NCBI GenBank assembly: GCA_964016885.1
Contig: OZ024743.1
Location: 230,330,001 to 230,394,000 of the forward strand
Length of the DNA stretch: 64,000 bases
Reading direction: 5' to 3'
DNA from: Eledone cirrhosa
Lineage: Eukaryota
Shown here: in pieces, positions 1 through 14,414 of the stretch
Layout of the letters: every line of letters starts with the position of its first letter
Numbering within the stretch: the first letter of the stretch is position 1
The notes under the pieces: generated by a model
Seen by the model: only the letters and a program-made list of their open reading frames with translations
Told to the model about the DNA's origin: nothing
Database searches by the model: none
Position numbers and translations under genes: made by a program

Positions 1-481
1 TCGCTTTGCATTTTCATATATATTTTTATCTAGTAAAATCTTATATAAATCCCATTTTTACTTATATTTGCTTCTTTCTGTTGTTCTTTCCCTCACAGTT
101 TTATATTGATTTTATTTTTACACATTTATATAACGTTCATTTACGGATGTTTATCACATGCAATCTTTACTTTTATCGTATGTAATTTCGTTCTCTTATC
201 ACATGCTATATTTTGTTTTATATCATACTTACATATATATATTTAGGTATATATATGTACATATGTATGCGTTGATATATCTATATATAGTAGTATATAC
301 ATGTTTATCTATAGATATTTATATAGATATACAGTATATGTGCATGTATGTATATATTAATATATATTTTATACATTAATATATGTATATAAATATATTT
401 TCACTCACACACACTAAATTCATATATATATAAATATACTTACATACATGCATACACACACAGAGACATATATTTATATAT

Positions 482-544
<63 letters not shown>

Positions 545-772
545 TCTGTTATCCTATGCAATCTGGGTGTAGTGTATAGTTATTACCATCAGTTATATCC
601 TTTTTGGCTGGCACTTTCTGCTATACCTTCCCAGGCAATATCATTCTATTCGCGAAATGAATGTGTCTTATATCAAGGCGTTGCAGTTTTCCATTTTAAA
701 CTTGGCATCCGTTATTTTATCTTTCTTTAACATTATCACGTTTATCACTGGCTATTTTACACGTGGTGATCC

Positions 773-825
<53 letters not shown>

Positions 826-948
826 GGAGGTGAGTTTTATTGTAGTACAATAAAGCAATGCAGATATCGGATAAGAAGCACTCTACAGTTTGTAGGACTG
901 GAGTATACATAATATAAGATCAAAAGATGGTTAAAGGAGTTCCATGTA

Positions 949-1015
949 TTTTATTATGCGCATTTCAGAAACAAACATCATCATGCAATAATATTTGTGT
1001 TTTCATCAGATAAAA
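949..1015 (-). ncRNA. Type I hammerhead ribozyme motif (inverted copy)
   Basis: Reverse complement of the 1146-1212 motif. Confidence 0.8.
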
Positions 1016-1145
1016 CAGGAGAACATGATATGAACGCTAAAAAACACTTGTGGATAGTGCAGTTTTAAATCAACATATGTTGATATGTTGATTTAAAACT
1101 GCACTATCCACAAGTGTTTTTTAGCCTTCATATCATGTTCTCCTG

Positions 1146-1212
1146 TTTTATCTGATGAAAACACAAATATTATTGCATGATGATGTTTGTTTCTGAAATG
1201 CGCATAATAAAA
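1146..1212 (+). ncRNA. Type I hammerhead ribozyme motif
   Basis: ttttat-CTGATGA-(stem II aaacacaaat...atgtttgtttct)-GAAA-tgcgca-TA-ataaaa. Stem I is 6 bp and stem III is palindromic (tgcgca). Confidence 0.85.
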
Positions 1213-1736
1213 TACATGGAACTCCTTTAACCATCTTTTGATCTTATATATATATATGCTTGTGTGTATGTGTATGTATATATATATATATATATATAAC
1301 TGTATGGATATATTGTAGGAATTCATCGGACATGTCGGTATTTCCATCTTTATACTATCTATATCTACTAACTTCGCTTTATATATATATATATATATAT
1401 ATATACCCCCGCATCGTGTGTCTGGTGATGGAAAATGATGAAAAAGTAGGGGCGGAAACTTTTCGCGCATATCTAGCAATGAGTGTTAGTGGGCATATGT
1501 GTTATTGTAGATTTTTGTAGCTGTTTTAGAACAATGAATTTCATCTGCTTCAGGATAATTTGAATGTAGACATGTTGTCTTGAGTATATAATAGATACAA
1601 TGACGAAGATAAAATTAAAGATTATCTTGAATAAAAGAAGCCTAAGTGAAACGGGAAGAAGATAATGAAATAGAAGGAGTAAATGAAGAAGAAATTGATG
1701 ATGACGATGATCAAGAAGATAATAATAATAATAATG

Positions 1737-1925
1737 GTTTCTACTGTAGACACAAGGCCAGCAATTTTGGAGGATCGAAAAGTCGATTAAATCGCCCCCA
1801 GTGCGTTACTGGTACTTTATTTTATCGACCACGTAAGAATGAAAGGCAAAGCTAATTCAGCGTTACTAGAAATTAGAACACGCAAAGGGACGTAATTATA
1901 AGCTTTGAAGCATGGTGCGCCGTAC
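1737..1925 (-). mobile_element. tRNA-derived SINE (Nin/Deu-like core family)
   Basis: Reverse complement of the family core gcctttcat...gtcgataaaataaagtaccagt and tail tgctggccttgtg; multiple copies in the window. Confidence 0.75.
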
Positions 1926-2627
1926 TTGGCCACAAGGCCATATGACACTGGGGACAGTGCAAGCACAAAGATTGGTGAAAATCGAATATACATATGTGGT
2001 GACTAGAAATTGATTAAATAGATCTCAGTTCGCAATATTTCATTGGCTATGCAAGGGTGTATGCCGCAGTTGATCTCAGTGGGATTTAAACTTATGACAT
2101 AGTACCCCTATATCATCAATACTTGTTCTCCAGGGTCCCCAAATCATTACCATCCCCAGCATCACCACTACACTATTCCTTATTTTTCTATCACTCCCCG
2201 AACTCCTTTACCCCAATTCACATCCCTCCTTCTCCTCCCCTTCTGTTCCCATACTTTCTCCTTCTCCTCCCCGTTCTCCATCTCCTCCTCATCTTCACAT
2301 ATCCCTTATTATTATCTTCCTCCCACCCTGCAGTTACACGTAAATATAGTGAGAATGCGTGTAAGTGATGAAACATGTAAAGAAAAAATGTAAATACAAG
2401 TCAACCCACGCAGTACCACAGGTACTCATGCACCACTCTCAAAACACGACACCAACTGCAGTATTACGACACCCAACACCAAATTACATGGAAAAGGATT
2501 CATCAAACATTCTGACTTGAACATTTTCATTTGATTCTTTCTCATTCTCATTCCTTCCTTTGTCCCTCCTCATATGTACCTACTCCATTTCCTTTTTTTC
2601 GTGTTCTCTTCCTTTTTAATCTGTCAG

Positions 2628-2685
<58 letters not shown>

Positions 2686-4199
2686 TTTCTCAGTCTATCT
2701 ATTCATCTCTCTTCAAAATGTTCGCCCGAACTATGTTATTTATTGCTATGCTCCGTGTGAGTCTTTTAGATAAACCACGTCATTGGAGGAGGGATAGCCG
2801 CAGAATAAATGTTCCAGACGCTGCTGGTAGTACTATTGTTCTTGGTGGAGTTAATAGTGATGTTGGCGGTAATGTTTATGTTGGTGGTGGTAGTGCTGAT
2901 TGTGCATGTGTTGGTGTTGATGGTGGTGGTGGTTGTGGTGCTGGTGGAGGCGGAGTCTAGAAGCAAACAGGGGGAAATAGAATTTACTGAAAAGAGGATT
3001 GTGTTGAGACCTGTTGAATGGGTATGTGTGCCTGTGTCTGAGTGTGTGTGTATGTTTCTTTGTCTGTGTATGACCAGTACCCGTTTGCTGTTTTATTCTC
3101 TGAGGTGGTAGCAGCTCCGTTGCAGATTTCTGCGCCGTAGAACTTCAGCATGACCGAACAGTTAAGAAGTTCGCTTCACAATCTTTATCTTATTGTACTG
3201 CGAAGCATCTTGGGTAAGTGTAAATCACCAAAGCTTCGATTCGATCATACCTTGTCAGTGAAACGGAGTAGAAGGGAAAAGGTTGGAAGACCGAAAGATG
3301 GAATGAATCTGAAATTCAAACGTTGTCACGCAGTGAATATTCTTGAGAATTGTGTTAAGGATTCATGTTTCTATTGAATATTCAGCTACTGACACCCTAA
3401 TTTAATGAGCAGGCTCTACCGTTGGAACACCTATCATCATAACCGACGGAACTCCATTCTCTCTGTAGCAGGAACATCTCAGATTTTGGAGATGAATTCT
3501 ATTGTATGAGTGTTATGTTTAGAATATCTGTCTGTCTACCAGCTGTACAGCCAGAGTTATTGGAGTAATCCTCCAGTAATGGATAAAATTTACCACAGCA
3601 TGTATTAAAGACAGAATGTAAGCGGATGTAATCATACACGGCAAAGGTATACTTTTTTTTTCTTTCTTTATCTAACGATCTACCGATTCTGGCAAACGCC
3701 ACCATTAGCAGCACTAACCTCAACAACAACAGCAAAAACATCCCAAAACCAAAAATAATAATAAAAAACCCCAGAAAAACAACAATATTAACAACGACGA
3801 CGACGCGAACAACAACAACAACAACAGCAACAACAAAAACGATAACAACAACAAAAACAACAAGAGCAACAACCAAATAATGACTGCGACAACAAAAACA
3901 GAGAAAATAAAAACAAATCACATCCTATAGAGATTGGAATTCTACTCAGAATGTTGTAACTGTTTACATAAATAACAGATTTTCAACAATTTTCTATTAT
4001 TTTGTTTTTCTTTCCTTGGCCATTTCCAACAGTGCTGTTTGGTGTGAGATTTCAATGATTCTTTCTTTACCTTTTCTTCGTTCTTTTTTACACCTTTTCT
4101 TTTCCTTTTTCACCTATATTTTCATTTTTAGTTTTTATTTCTTTAGAATCACTCTTCTTTCCTTCTCTTCTTATGTTTTCTTTTAATGTTTCTTCACGC

Positions 4200-5162
<963 letters not shown>

Positions 5163-5174
5163 TTATACCTACTT

Positions 5175-5410
5175 TGCTTCCGATAACGATTGTTCTAGTT
5201 GTTTGATCAACATAACAGCCGTCTCACGAAATTTAAGTGGCTGACCATCTCATAGATCTATGTATCCTTAACGTTATTCTTAAGGAAATTGAGTGGGATA
5301 AAGCTGGCCCTTTGAATCCCAGATACCTATACTTTCCCGTTGAATGGACTGAAGTGCCGTGAAATAAAGATCTTTCGAATAAACTAACCGCTAAACCATC
5401 CGCCTTCACA
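5175..5410 (-). mobile_element. Degenerate SINE of a second family (CORE-like, tRNA head on minus strand)
   Basis: gtggctga...gctggccctttgaat...ggactg...gtgaaataaag...ctaaccgcta. Related copies lie at ~36830-36950, 42470-42570, 46560-46790, 48240-48368 and 54740-55010. Confidence 0.55.
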
Positions 5411-5639
5411 TGTGTGTAGAAATCATCAACAAGAATGTGAAAGAACTCTATTGCGTAGGTTTAGATTAATTACCAAAGTGTAAGAAAATCTTGCACACCC
5501 CTCTAGGAGACAGTATCATTGTATAAATTGCCCAATGTATAGGGCACAACTGATCTATTATTCATGAGATGTTTCAGAAGTACTAAGCCTCTGCAAGGCT
5601 AAATTGCTCTATATACATTAAATGCGATCGACCCCTTCA

Positions 5640-6260
5640 GTGATTAAGAATTTGTTGTTTATGGGACTTACACGGAACAGTAATATATGCCTGTAAATAC
5701 CTTTGAAAAAGCTGTTTAAGTTCAGATCTTTTGCTCAGACTTCCTCACATTTAACTGTAAGAAACAATGATTTCTGCTACTTATTTTTTGTAAACTAGGA
5801 TAAAAATCAATGTGTATTAGGAGGTATATGTTTTTTGAATGTTTTTGTGGAAGTATATGCAGATCTGACGATCACGTGTAAACAGCCGGCAGAATTGCGA
5901 AAGCGTCACTACAAAATTTTGTAAAGTTGGATTGAACTGCAAGGAGGATTTTAAAATGGCTGTCGAAAGGCTTTTATGAAGTTTAGCGAAAAAGCAATTC
6001 TGATGGTGTCCTTAGTGAAACCTCTTCGACACTTTCTATATAAAGCAGAATTTCATTGAGTGTCGTGTAATGCTCATAGTCGTTGGTCGATTCCGATCAA
6101 TTTGTTGAATCAGTTGCTGTTGACTTAAATCAGTAGCTGCAAGATAACATCAATACTTACTGCCGCTGGACAGAACTGGACAGAACTGCTATTTAACTCT
6201 GCTGGATAAATTGATGTTTGTTGACTGATATTATATAGGACCTTCAACATGATAGGTAGA
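5640..6260 (-). pseudogene. Possible highly decayed mariner transposase relic
   Basis: Minus-strand translation near 5900 gives NFTKFCSDAF, resembling the mariner HTH motif WFxKFRSGDF. No intact ORF or TIR found. Confidence 0.25.
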
Positions 6261-7250
6261 TGCACTCTCTCATATGTCGGAATTTCTAATGTTATTCTTT
6301 AAAGTTTCAGATACTGTTTAGATAATTGTTTATGGGGAACTTTTAGCTGTAACACAAGCCCATACACTGCTACATTTACAGTAACATTACTGCAACATGT
6401 TGTGTGCGTGTGTGCGTGTGTGTGTGTGTGTGTCTGTGTGTGTCTGTGTATGTGTGTGTCTGTGTGTGTGTGTCTCCCTCTCTATCTCTCTCTTTCCCTC
6501 TGTGTGTGGCAAAGCTGCACAGCGAAAAACTAAGAAAATCCACCCCTATCTCACGTCGGTCAACCCTACGTTAAACAATGCCATTTAATGAATGTCGATG
6601 GGATTGCATCTTATTAAGTACATATTGTATGACGGCTTGTGCAAGCCGCCGGAAAGATGCTTATGAAACAACACAGCACCATAGAAATAGAGGGATAGAC
6701 TGGTGTCTTTCACCGAGGACATTGAGAGAACATGAGAAAGAAAGTGAAAGTGAATGAGAGAGTGAGTAATGGCAAAAGAGAGAGACAGGGAGGGTGGTGA
6801 GATGTGTATGGATATTTGTAAATATTAGTAGAAGGTGTTATATGAAACTATTTACATTCGCTCTACATGCAGATGCAACGTGTACATATTCACTTAGACA
6901 TTGCAACATATATAATCGAAATCTTATTGCTTAAACACTTATGTTCATATTTCTATATAATCGTTTATATGAGTGTATTAATATGATACTTTCTCTTTAC
7001 GATTATCATTCAAACACACATAGGTATATATATGTGTATGTGTGTCTACGTATATACACATACATTTAATTTGCCTGTTTATGCACATATCTAAGCATGT
7101 TAGGCAGAAAAAAGTGAAGAAATGTAAAGAAAAATAATATAAATACCAAAATGAAGGACTGTTAAGCTAATATTCAAATTAATTCAAATTTGATATTTCC
7201 GGCGGCTGAAATACGTACATTCAACATACATACATACATACATACATACA

Positions 7251-7281
<31 letters not shown>

Positions 7282-7347
7282 TTTTATGTTATATATGATA
7301 TATATATATATACACATATTTTTATATGATTTATTGATATATATGTA

Positions 7348-7391
<44 letters not shown>

Positions 7392-7439
7392 ATATTTATA
7401 TGTATATATATATTATCATATATATAAAATATATATAAA

Positions 7440-7498
<59 letters not shown>

Positions 7499-7887
7499 CA
7501 TATTTGTAATATATAATTCTAAACCCAAGTATAATTGGAAATAATCAGAATATGAATTATAAAACGGACAAAATAACATGAACGATCAAATCCCTTCAAG
7601 AAACCAATACAAAACATTAAATGAATTCCATGCAGAAACAACCAAAGGAAAAACAAGAAAGCACCAATAACAACAAAGTAAATCCTCAAATAATAACAAC
7701 AATAACGACGGCACAAAATCAAATTATAATATAATTATATGTAACAATATATTTCTCGCAAGTTGTTAATGAAATTATATTCAGAGAATGTGTAAGGGAA
7801 TGTGTTGTAGATGGCAGTCTAGCATTTTAATTATAAATGCCTCATTTCCATCATTTCCTTCCCCGACCCAAGCTGGTCTATTATTTG

Positions 7888-8075
7888 GATTGGCAGTATC
7901 GGTAGAGAGTCGCGGACAACACCATGCTTTGAAGCATAGACTTACGTCCCTTTATGATCTGAGTTCAAATTCTGCCGAGGTTAACTTTCCCTTTGATCCT
8001 TACGGGGTCGATAAAATAAAGTACCAGTAATTTACTGGATATTTGCTGGCCTTGTGCCAAAAGTAGCAACAATTA
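7888..8075 (+). mobile_element. tRNA-derived SINE (Nin/Deu-like core family)
   Basis: Box A-like tggcagtatcggtag, box B-like gagttcaaattc, core ccttacggggtcgataaaataaagtaccagt, tail gctggccttgtgccaaaagtag. Confidence 0.85.
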
Positions 8076-8166
8076 TTGTTATTATTTTTACATATTGTGT
8101 ACACGTGTTGATACGGATATATGTGTCCCCACATCTCTCTCTCTCTATCGTTATGTATATGTATAT

Positions 8167-8254
<88 letters not shown>

Positions 8255-8489
8255 CCCGTGCTGTCTGTGTGTGTAAGGTATTATAACTTGCGTATTGTTC
8301 ACCCGATCTCGCTAAAATTTTACACATTGCCAAAGGAGGATGCGAGACGTGTATATAACAACTATGTATTACATTATTGTTACTTTCAAAGTGATAATCG
8401 CCATTTTACTAATCCTTGTGTGACTTAACGTTAAAAATCTCCATTAGAACTGCCGTAAGCAGGAACGCGGTTGTGAAAGAGAAGGAAGT

Positions 8490-8621
8490 AGAAAATGGAA
8501 AGTAGAAGAGAGAGAGGGACAGAGAAAGAAAGAGAGAGAATGTATATAGGAGGGAAACAGCGACAGAAAGAAAGAGACAAAGAAAAGAGAGATAGATAGA
8601 GAGAGAGAGAGAGAAAGAGAG

Positions 8622-8660
<39 letters not shown>

Positions 8661-8672
8661 TAAAGAGAGAGC

Positions 8673-8756
<84 letters not shown>

Positions 8757-8860
8757 GAGAGAGAAGAGAAAGAGAGAAGGCTGTGTGAGAGAAGGGACTG
8801 GCAAAGAGAGAGAGAAAGAAGAGGATGTGTGAGAGGGGAAAGAAAGAGAGAGTGAGACAT
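8490..8860. repeat. (GA)n/(GATA)n simple repeat inside the Helitron 5' region
   Basis: Visible purine-rich repeat. Confidence 0.9.
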
Positions 8861-9023
8861 TATGTAACCACCTGTGAGAAGAGAAGCAGACGACAATATA
8901 AAATATTAAACACGATATTAGAAAAATATTTTTGTAAATATGACAATATTTTAAATATGCATGCATGCATAGATAAATATATACATAAATAATATGTTTA
9001 CATATGTATATATAATATATATG

Positions 9024-9107
<84 letters not shown>

Positions 9108-9829
9108 GCATAGATAAATACATACATATGTTTACAGGTATTTTTATATACGTATATATCACCATTTTTCTTTATCCTTATGGGACTTTGCATTCAAAAT
9201 CTTCATTAGAAGTCCTATAAACAGCAACCAGGTAACATTCTTTGATTTGATTTGTTTCAGATTTATTCAATAACAGGTTTTCGATGAGATCGAGTCCCGT
9301 TCTGTCTGAGTGTGTAAAGTATTATAACTATTAAAGTATTATAACTATTAAAGTATTATAACTAAAATTTTACACATTGCTAAAGGAGGATGCGAGATGT
9401 TTTTATAATAGAAACATAACCACTTTAGATGACGCTGTATATTGTGTATTACAAGACTCTTTTGTTAATTAGCACTGATGAACTCTAATACTTCTAGAAC
9501 CTACAATGTAGACAAGTATTGTACTCATTAATTTGATTGAGGGTATCAGGGAATATAGTTGCTGTAAGCGACAATTCCTTAACGACATATACATAACATT
9601 TACAGCATTGTGTTTCACAATTTCTTCTCGGTGATCAGTCAGTTTGTAATGATATTTTCTTTATAGCTCATTGAACATTTACAATAGGTTCTGTAGTATA
9701 TTAGTCTCTGGTTGATAGTTAATGATTTGTTTCAGATTTATTCAATTACAGATTTTCCATAGAATGCCTCAAAAAAGCAAGAGTCACATTGGAAGAAAAA
9801 CAAGAAATGCTTTTGTTTGCGTTCTTTGC

Positions 9830-10080
9830 GCGCAAGCGAGACAGAAGAACAATGTATGCTACAACGTGCTCGCAATGCTGCTTCTACTTCGATCGCCAGA
9901 GCATTACAGACAACTGAACAAGCAAAACTCCGGCTCGCTCGCAATGCTACTTCTACTTCGAAGGCCAGGGCATTACAGACTGCTGAACAAGCAGAACTCC
10001 GGCTTGCTTGCGATGCTGCTTCTACTTCAAATAGCCGTGCTTTAGAGACTGTTGACCAAAGAGCAACAAGGCTTGCGGCT
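9830..10080 (+). repeat. ~63-bp coding tandem repeat (21 aa: RLARNAASTSxARALQTxEQA) in the RepHel N-terminus
   Basis: About 3.5 units visible in ORF 9817-10242. Confidence 0.85.
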
Positions 10081-11107
10081 TATTCTCAACGGAAAATGCG
10101 TTCTCATGTCTTTCCGAGGGTTTCTTCCTGTTATTGGTCTAAGAAGGGGCTTTTCATTACAGCCTCCAGGAGGACTACGCATCCCACCCACATATCATCA
10201 TTGGTAGCATGTCAACTGTTTGCGTCCATTGTAACGCAATGATGTGGCCATCAGAATCTACCGGTATATGCTGCTCCAATGGAACGGTTAGATTGCCTCA
10301 TTTACAAGTCGGTGCCGAACCTTTGAATTCTCTGCTGCTTGGAGACCACCCTGAATCTAAACACATTCTTAGAATTATAAGAGCCTACAATTCGGCTTTC
10401 CAAATGACAAGCTTTGGTTATATACCAATAAAACATGGAAATGATATGCCCACATTCAAAGTGCAAGGCCAAATTTACCATCAAATTGGCTCCCTTATTC
10501 CACAAGATGGCAATGAACACAGTTTTCTACAGATTTACTTTATGAGGAACGGACCTGAAGAAACTGCACGAACAGCTTCAGTTGTGCTAAAGGAACAATA
10601 CCTTTTCTTCTGCAGCCTCTTCAATATATGCTTCATACCATAAACCCCTACGTCACCATTTTCAAAACTGTTTTTCAGCGTAGAGATGCTGACACCAATC
10701 AATTCAAGGTTGTCATTCGAGGTGACCGCGTCCACCAGGGCAACATCAGGGTTGCTTTAACAGACCCCAAACCGATGAAGTTGCAGTGCTTATAACAAGT
10801 TCTAATGAGAGTGCTTCAAACCGTGATATTGTTCTTGAATGGCAGGACTCGCGTCATCAAAAAATAAATGAACTTCATCCTGCATATGATGCCCTCCAAT
10901 ATCCATTACTGTCCCCTTTGGCGACGATGGCTACCGCATTGACTTGCCAAAGTGTAATCCAGTAACTTTAATGCATCTTCAACCACGAAAACCATTTCAC
11001 AAATGGAATGTTATGCATTTAGGCTTATGGTTCGCAAAACCGACATCAACATTCTGCATCGAACACGGATGCTCCTCAATCAATACTATGTAGACGTATT
11101 TGCTAAG

Positions 11108-11196
11108 GTAACTATTTCTTATTTTATGATTTCGTTCAAAAAATTTCCTTAGCCAGTTCACTCAATATTTACCACAACAATTTCTTCCTTTTCCAG
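11108..11196 (+). other. 89-bp GT-AG intron in the Helitron Rep gene
   Basis: AAG|gtaact...tttcttccttttccag|ATT. Splicing restores VDVFAK|IDTERL, matching the conserved Helitron VDxxAKIEtERL motif. Confidence 0.85.
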
Positions 11197-13771
11197 ATTG
11201 ACACTGAACGCCTCTAATGGATCAAAAGGAACTTCGTTCAGAAGAATACGGCAATCTACGTGACGAAGTCAACCGAAATGATCAGGTTATTGCTTCGGAT
11301 GTTGGGCTTTCTGTCATTCTCCCATCGTCATACACTGGAGGCCCCCGTTACATGCATGAAAGAATGCAGGATGCTCTCACCTATGTCCGCCATCGTGGCC
11401 GTACTGATCTTTTCATCACCTTCACATGCAATCCAGAATGGTTTGACATCCAGTCTCACTTACTTCATGGCCAAAGTCCTTCACGCAGGCATGATATTAC
11501 ATCTAGAGTGTTTTACCTGAAACTTATGAAAATGATGGATGTTATAAAATACGGACAACCTTTTCGACCAGTAAGGTGTTTCATGTACACCGTAGAATGG
11601 CAGAAGAGAGGACTCCCACATGCCCATATTCTCCTTTGGCTTAAAAAAAAACTCATGTCAACTGATGTTGATTCCGTTATAAGTGCTGAATTGCCAAACC
11701 CCCAAGAAGACCCTGTCCTTTTTCAAATTATAAAAGCCAACATGATCGATGGACCGTGTGGCCACCTAAATCCCAAATCGGCATGTATGGATAATGGGAA
11801 ATGTACAAAGCCTTACCCACGTAAACTTATCCATGAAACCAAAACTGGTATGTCCACCCTCCTGCAGGGCACCGCAGGAGGGTGGACATACGGCAACTAT
11901 AATAATGGCTGGCGGTCAAGATTTCAATATCGACAACTGATGGGTTGTACCACATAACAAGGTGCTTTATAAAATGTTTTCAGCCCACATTAATGTTGAA
12001 TTCTGCAACTCCGTAAAATCAATCCGATTCAACTGCAATTATGTTCATAAGGGAACCGATCGAGCAGTTATTGAGTTGGCAAAGACCTATAACCCTGATG
12101 CTGCCACAGAGGAAGTCACGTTTTTCCAAACTGGACGCTACATCTCTTCTAACGAGGCATTTTGGCGCATACTCGGTTTTCCGATACATGAACGTGAACC
12201 TGCAGTTATTCACCTCAGCGTTCATTTGGAGAATGGTCAACGAATGTATTTTAACGAAGAAAATATGCTTGACTGTGCAAAACAACCTCGAAGAACGACC
12301 CTTACCGGATTTTTTGAACTTTGTACTTCTGACTCTCTTGCCAGAACACTTCTTTATGCGGAGTTGTGTACATTCTACACGTGCAATAAATCTTCCCGCT
12401 GTTGGCAAAGAAGAAAGCGAGGACGCATTTCACAAAGGGATGCTTCGATGCGTGAGTCTGATGTCCTCTCAAGAGTGTACACAGTTCATCCGCTCAATTC
12501 AGAATGCTTTCACCTTCGTCTTCTATTGCACGTTGTCAAAGGTCCAACTTCCTTTGAAGACCTTCGTACCTTCAATGGCCATATTTGTTCAACATTTAAA
12601 GAGGCCTGCAATGGCGTCTTCAGGAATAGCAGCACCTCCAAATGCCACCGTCCAACCGCTTAACACATGTCTGTTTCGTCAACTTCCTTCCGAAGATCGA
12701 TGTTATGCTTCGATTGATTCGATTACGGATCCGACGCAAGTAACGTTTTATCCAACAGAGTTTTTAAACTCACAAGAGCCATCGGGAATGCCATCACATA
12801 AACTCTGCCTAAGACTTCGAAGTCCCATCATATTCTTGAGAAACTTGGAACCTCCTCGGCTTTGCAATGGCAAACGCTTGGTTATAACGCAAATGTTGGA
12901 TGACGTTCTCGAGGCTACAATCTTTACGGGAAAAGGCACTGGCGACTCTGTTTTTATTTCCAGAGTTCCACTTATTCAAACTGACTGTGTCTTTCCGATA
13001 AAAATAATCCAATTCCCCATTCGATTAAGTTTTGCAATGACCATTAACAAAGCCCAGGGGCAGTGACTAAATGTGGTTGGGCTTGACCTCAGTACTCCAT
13101 GCTTTTCACACGGACAACTGTATGTGGGATGTTCAAGAGTTAGAAACTCGGCCACTCTCTTTTACTACGCTCCCAGAAGATTGACAACAAATGTGGTTTA
13201 CAAGCAGCCCTCCAATAGTTTTTCCGTGGAGTTGAAAACCCCTTCAGGTTGGTCCTTATTGCGATTACTTACTTTTCTCAAAAGGTAATGTTACTCTTCC
13301 AACAAATGACCATTGATGAAATGAACCATTTTTTTCATTTCAATGGACAGCCTTCCACATGCCCCAGTTTATTTCATAGTTCAATTAAAAATGTAGTTTC
13401 TTACCGATTGCCTTCATGTCAAACGAACTGTCGTCTATACTTTTTGTTCTGTGTCTATACTATTTGTACAGCCATTTAAACGACATTCCAAACGATATTT
13501 CCATTTTTCTCTATTCTCACATTTTTCTCTATTTTCTATTTTCGATATTTCTCTATTTTCACATTTTAATGACAGATATCTGTAAATAAAACATGGTCTT
13601 TTTGAATACCGTCTCATTTTTGATTGAAAGAGTTGATCACGTAAAAGTATCCTCCATGTTAAACATCGACGAAACGAAATTTCACCATTTAGACTCAGTT
13701 CTACCAAGACCTAACACCGTCCAATGGACGGGGGGAATTTACTAGTATATATATATATATATATATATATA

Positions 13772-14100
13772 TGCAAAAGTTCTATTTAAAGTTGTTGGGA
13801 TACAACAAGTAAATATTTTTATAACTGATATAAAGCACTCGACACATTTTTGGAGTAGATATACGATATTAATAAATGGAAACTATATTTATAAAACCAT
13901 ATTTATTTCATTATACATATTTCAGGGATACCACATTAAATTATGGTATGCCTTCATCAGACAAAATACAATATATAACAGTTTTACAAATAGGTTTGAC
14001 GTACCCTTTAAAATACAACCATTACTTTTGGAGGCTGTCTGGATAGTCAGAAAATTTAAGACCACAGCGATAACAGAACTTAAGTTCAAGAGCATGTGGG
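13772..14100 (-). mobile_element. ORF-less PLE pLTR-like fragment, family H1
   Basis: Shares gatattaaataaatggaaactatatttataaaaccatatttattt and a hammerhead with copies at 24570, 25441 and 37878; begins at (TA)n. Confidence 0.7.
13905..13967 (-). ncRNA. Type I hammerhead ribozyme motif
   Basis: Minus strand: attttgt-CTGATGA-aggcataccat...gtggtatccct-GAAA-tatgta-TA-atgaaat. Confidence 0.8.
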
Positions 14101-14357
14101 CGAGAGAAAAGAGACACATCTGACCCCAGCGAGTTGTAAGTGAGAATTCTGTTCATCCCCCTCCTCCTCCGTTTTCCCAATAACTTACCCAGTTATTGAC
14201 GCTCTGGGCGGTAGACATCTTGTCTTTAAAGCGTAGAAATATCCGAGACCCCTAGGAGGCAACTGATGAGGGACCCCCCTCACCGTTCTTGCTTTCTTCT
14301 TATTCTCACTCCATTTTAAGCTACCTTAAATAGCAACTACACAGCCAATCTTATTCT

Positions 14358-14414
<57 letters not shown>

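Larger units (their letters stand above)
822..1249. mobile_element. ORF-less PLE pseudo-LTR fragment folded into a ~167-bp near-perfect palindrome (arms ~912-1078 / 1083-1249)
   Basis: Arms are reverse complements with very few mismatches. Each arm carries a hammerhead motif, and both ends abut (TA)n. Confidence 0.75.
9764..13213 (+). pseudogene. Helitron RepHel (Zn finger + HUH Rep + truncated Pif1 helicase), frameshifted
   Basis: N-terminus MPQKSKSHIGRKTR; Zn finger CVHC..ICCSNG; Rep motifs DLFITFTCNPEW, VEWQKRGLPHAHIL and YVHKG; helicase C-terminus LRNLEPPRLCNG, QFPIRLSFAMTINKAQGQ and FSHGQLYVGCSRV. Several stops and frameshifts. Confidence 0.95.
8250..13745 (+). mobile_element. Helitron (autonomous-type, decayed)
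   Basis: Rep/helicase remnants; 3' hairpin ccgtcca-a-tggacgg (13717-13731) then CTAG (13742-13745) followed by T. The 5' end is lost in (TA)n at ~8250, with a second copy of the 5' segment at 9295. Confidence 0.9.

Noticed and set aside
2574-3111. Overlapping Val/Gly/Thr-rich ORFs resembling membrane or mucin proteins
   Set aside because: They come from (CT)n and degenerate (GGT/GTT)n simple repeats; no splice or domain support.
3150-3220. ATG-initiated short frame followed by GTAAGT
   Set aside because: No recognisable protein or downstream exon; chance occurrence is likely.
5860-5912. CTGACGA...GAAAgcgTC on the plus strand
   Set aside because: No stem I or stem II pairing.
7888-7975. tRNA gene (box A/B-like motifs)
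   Set aside because: No cloverleaf; these are SINE heads repeated many times in the window.
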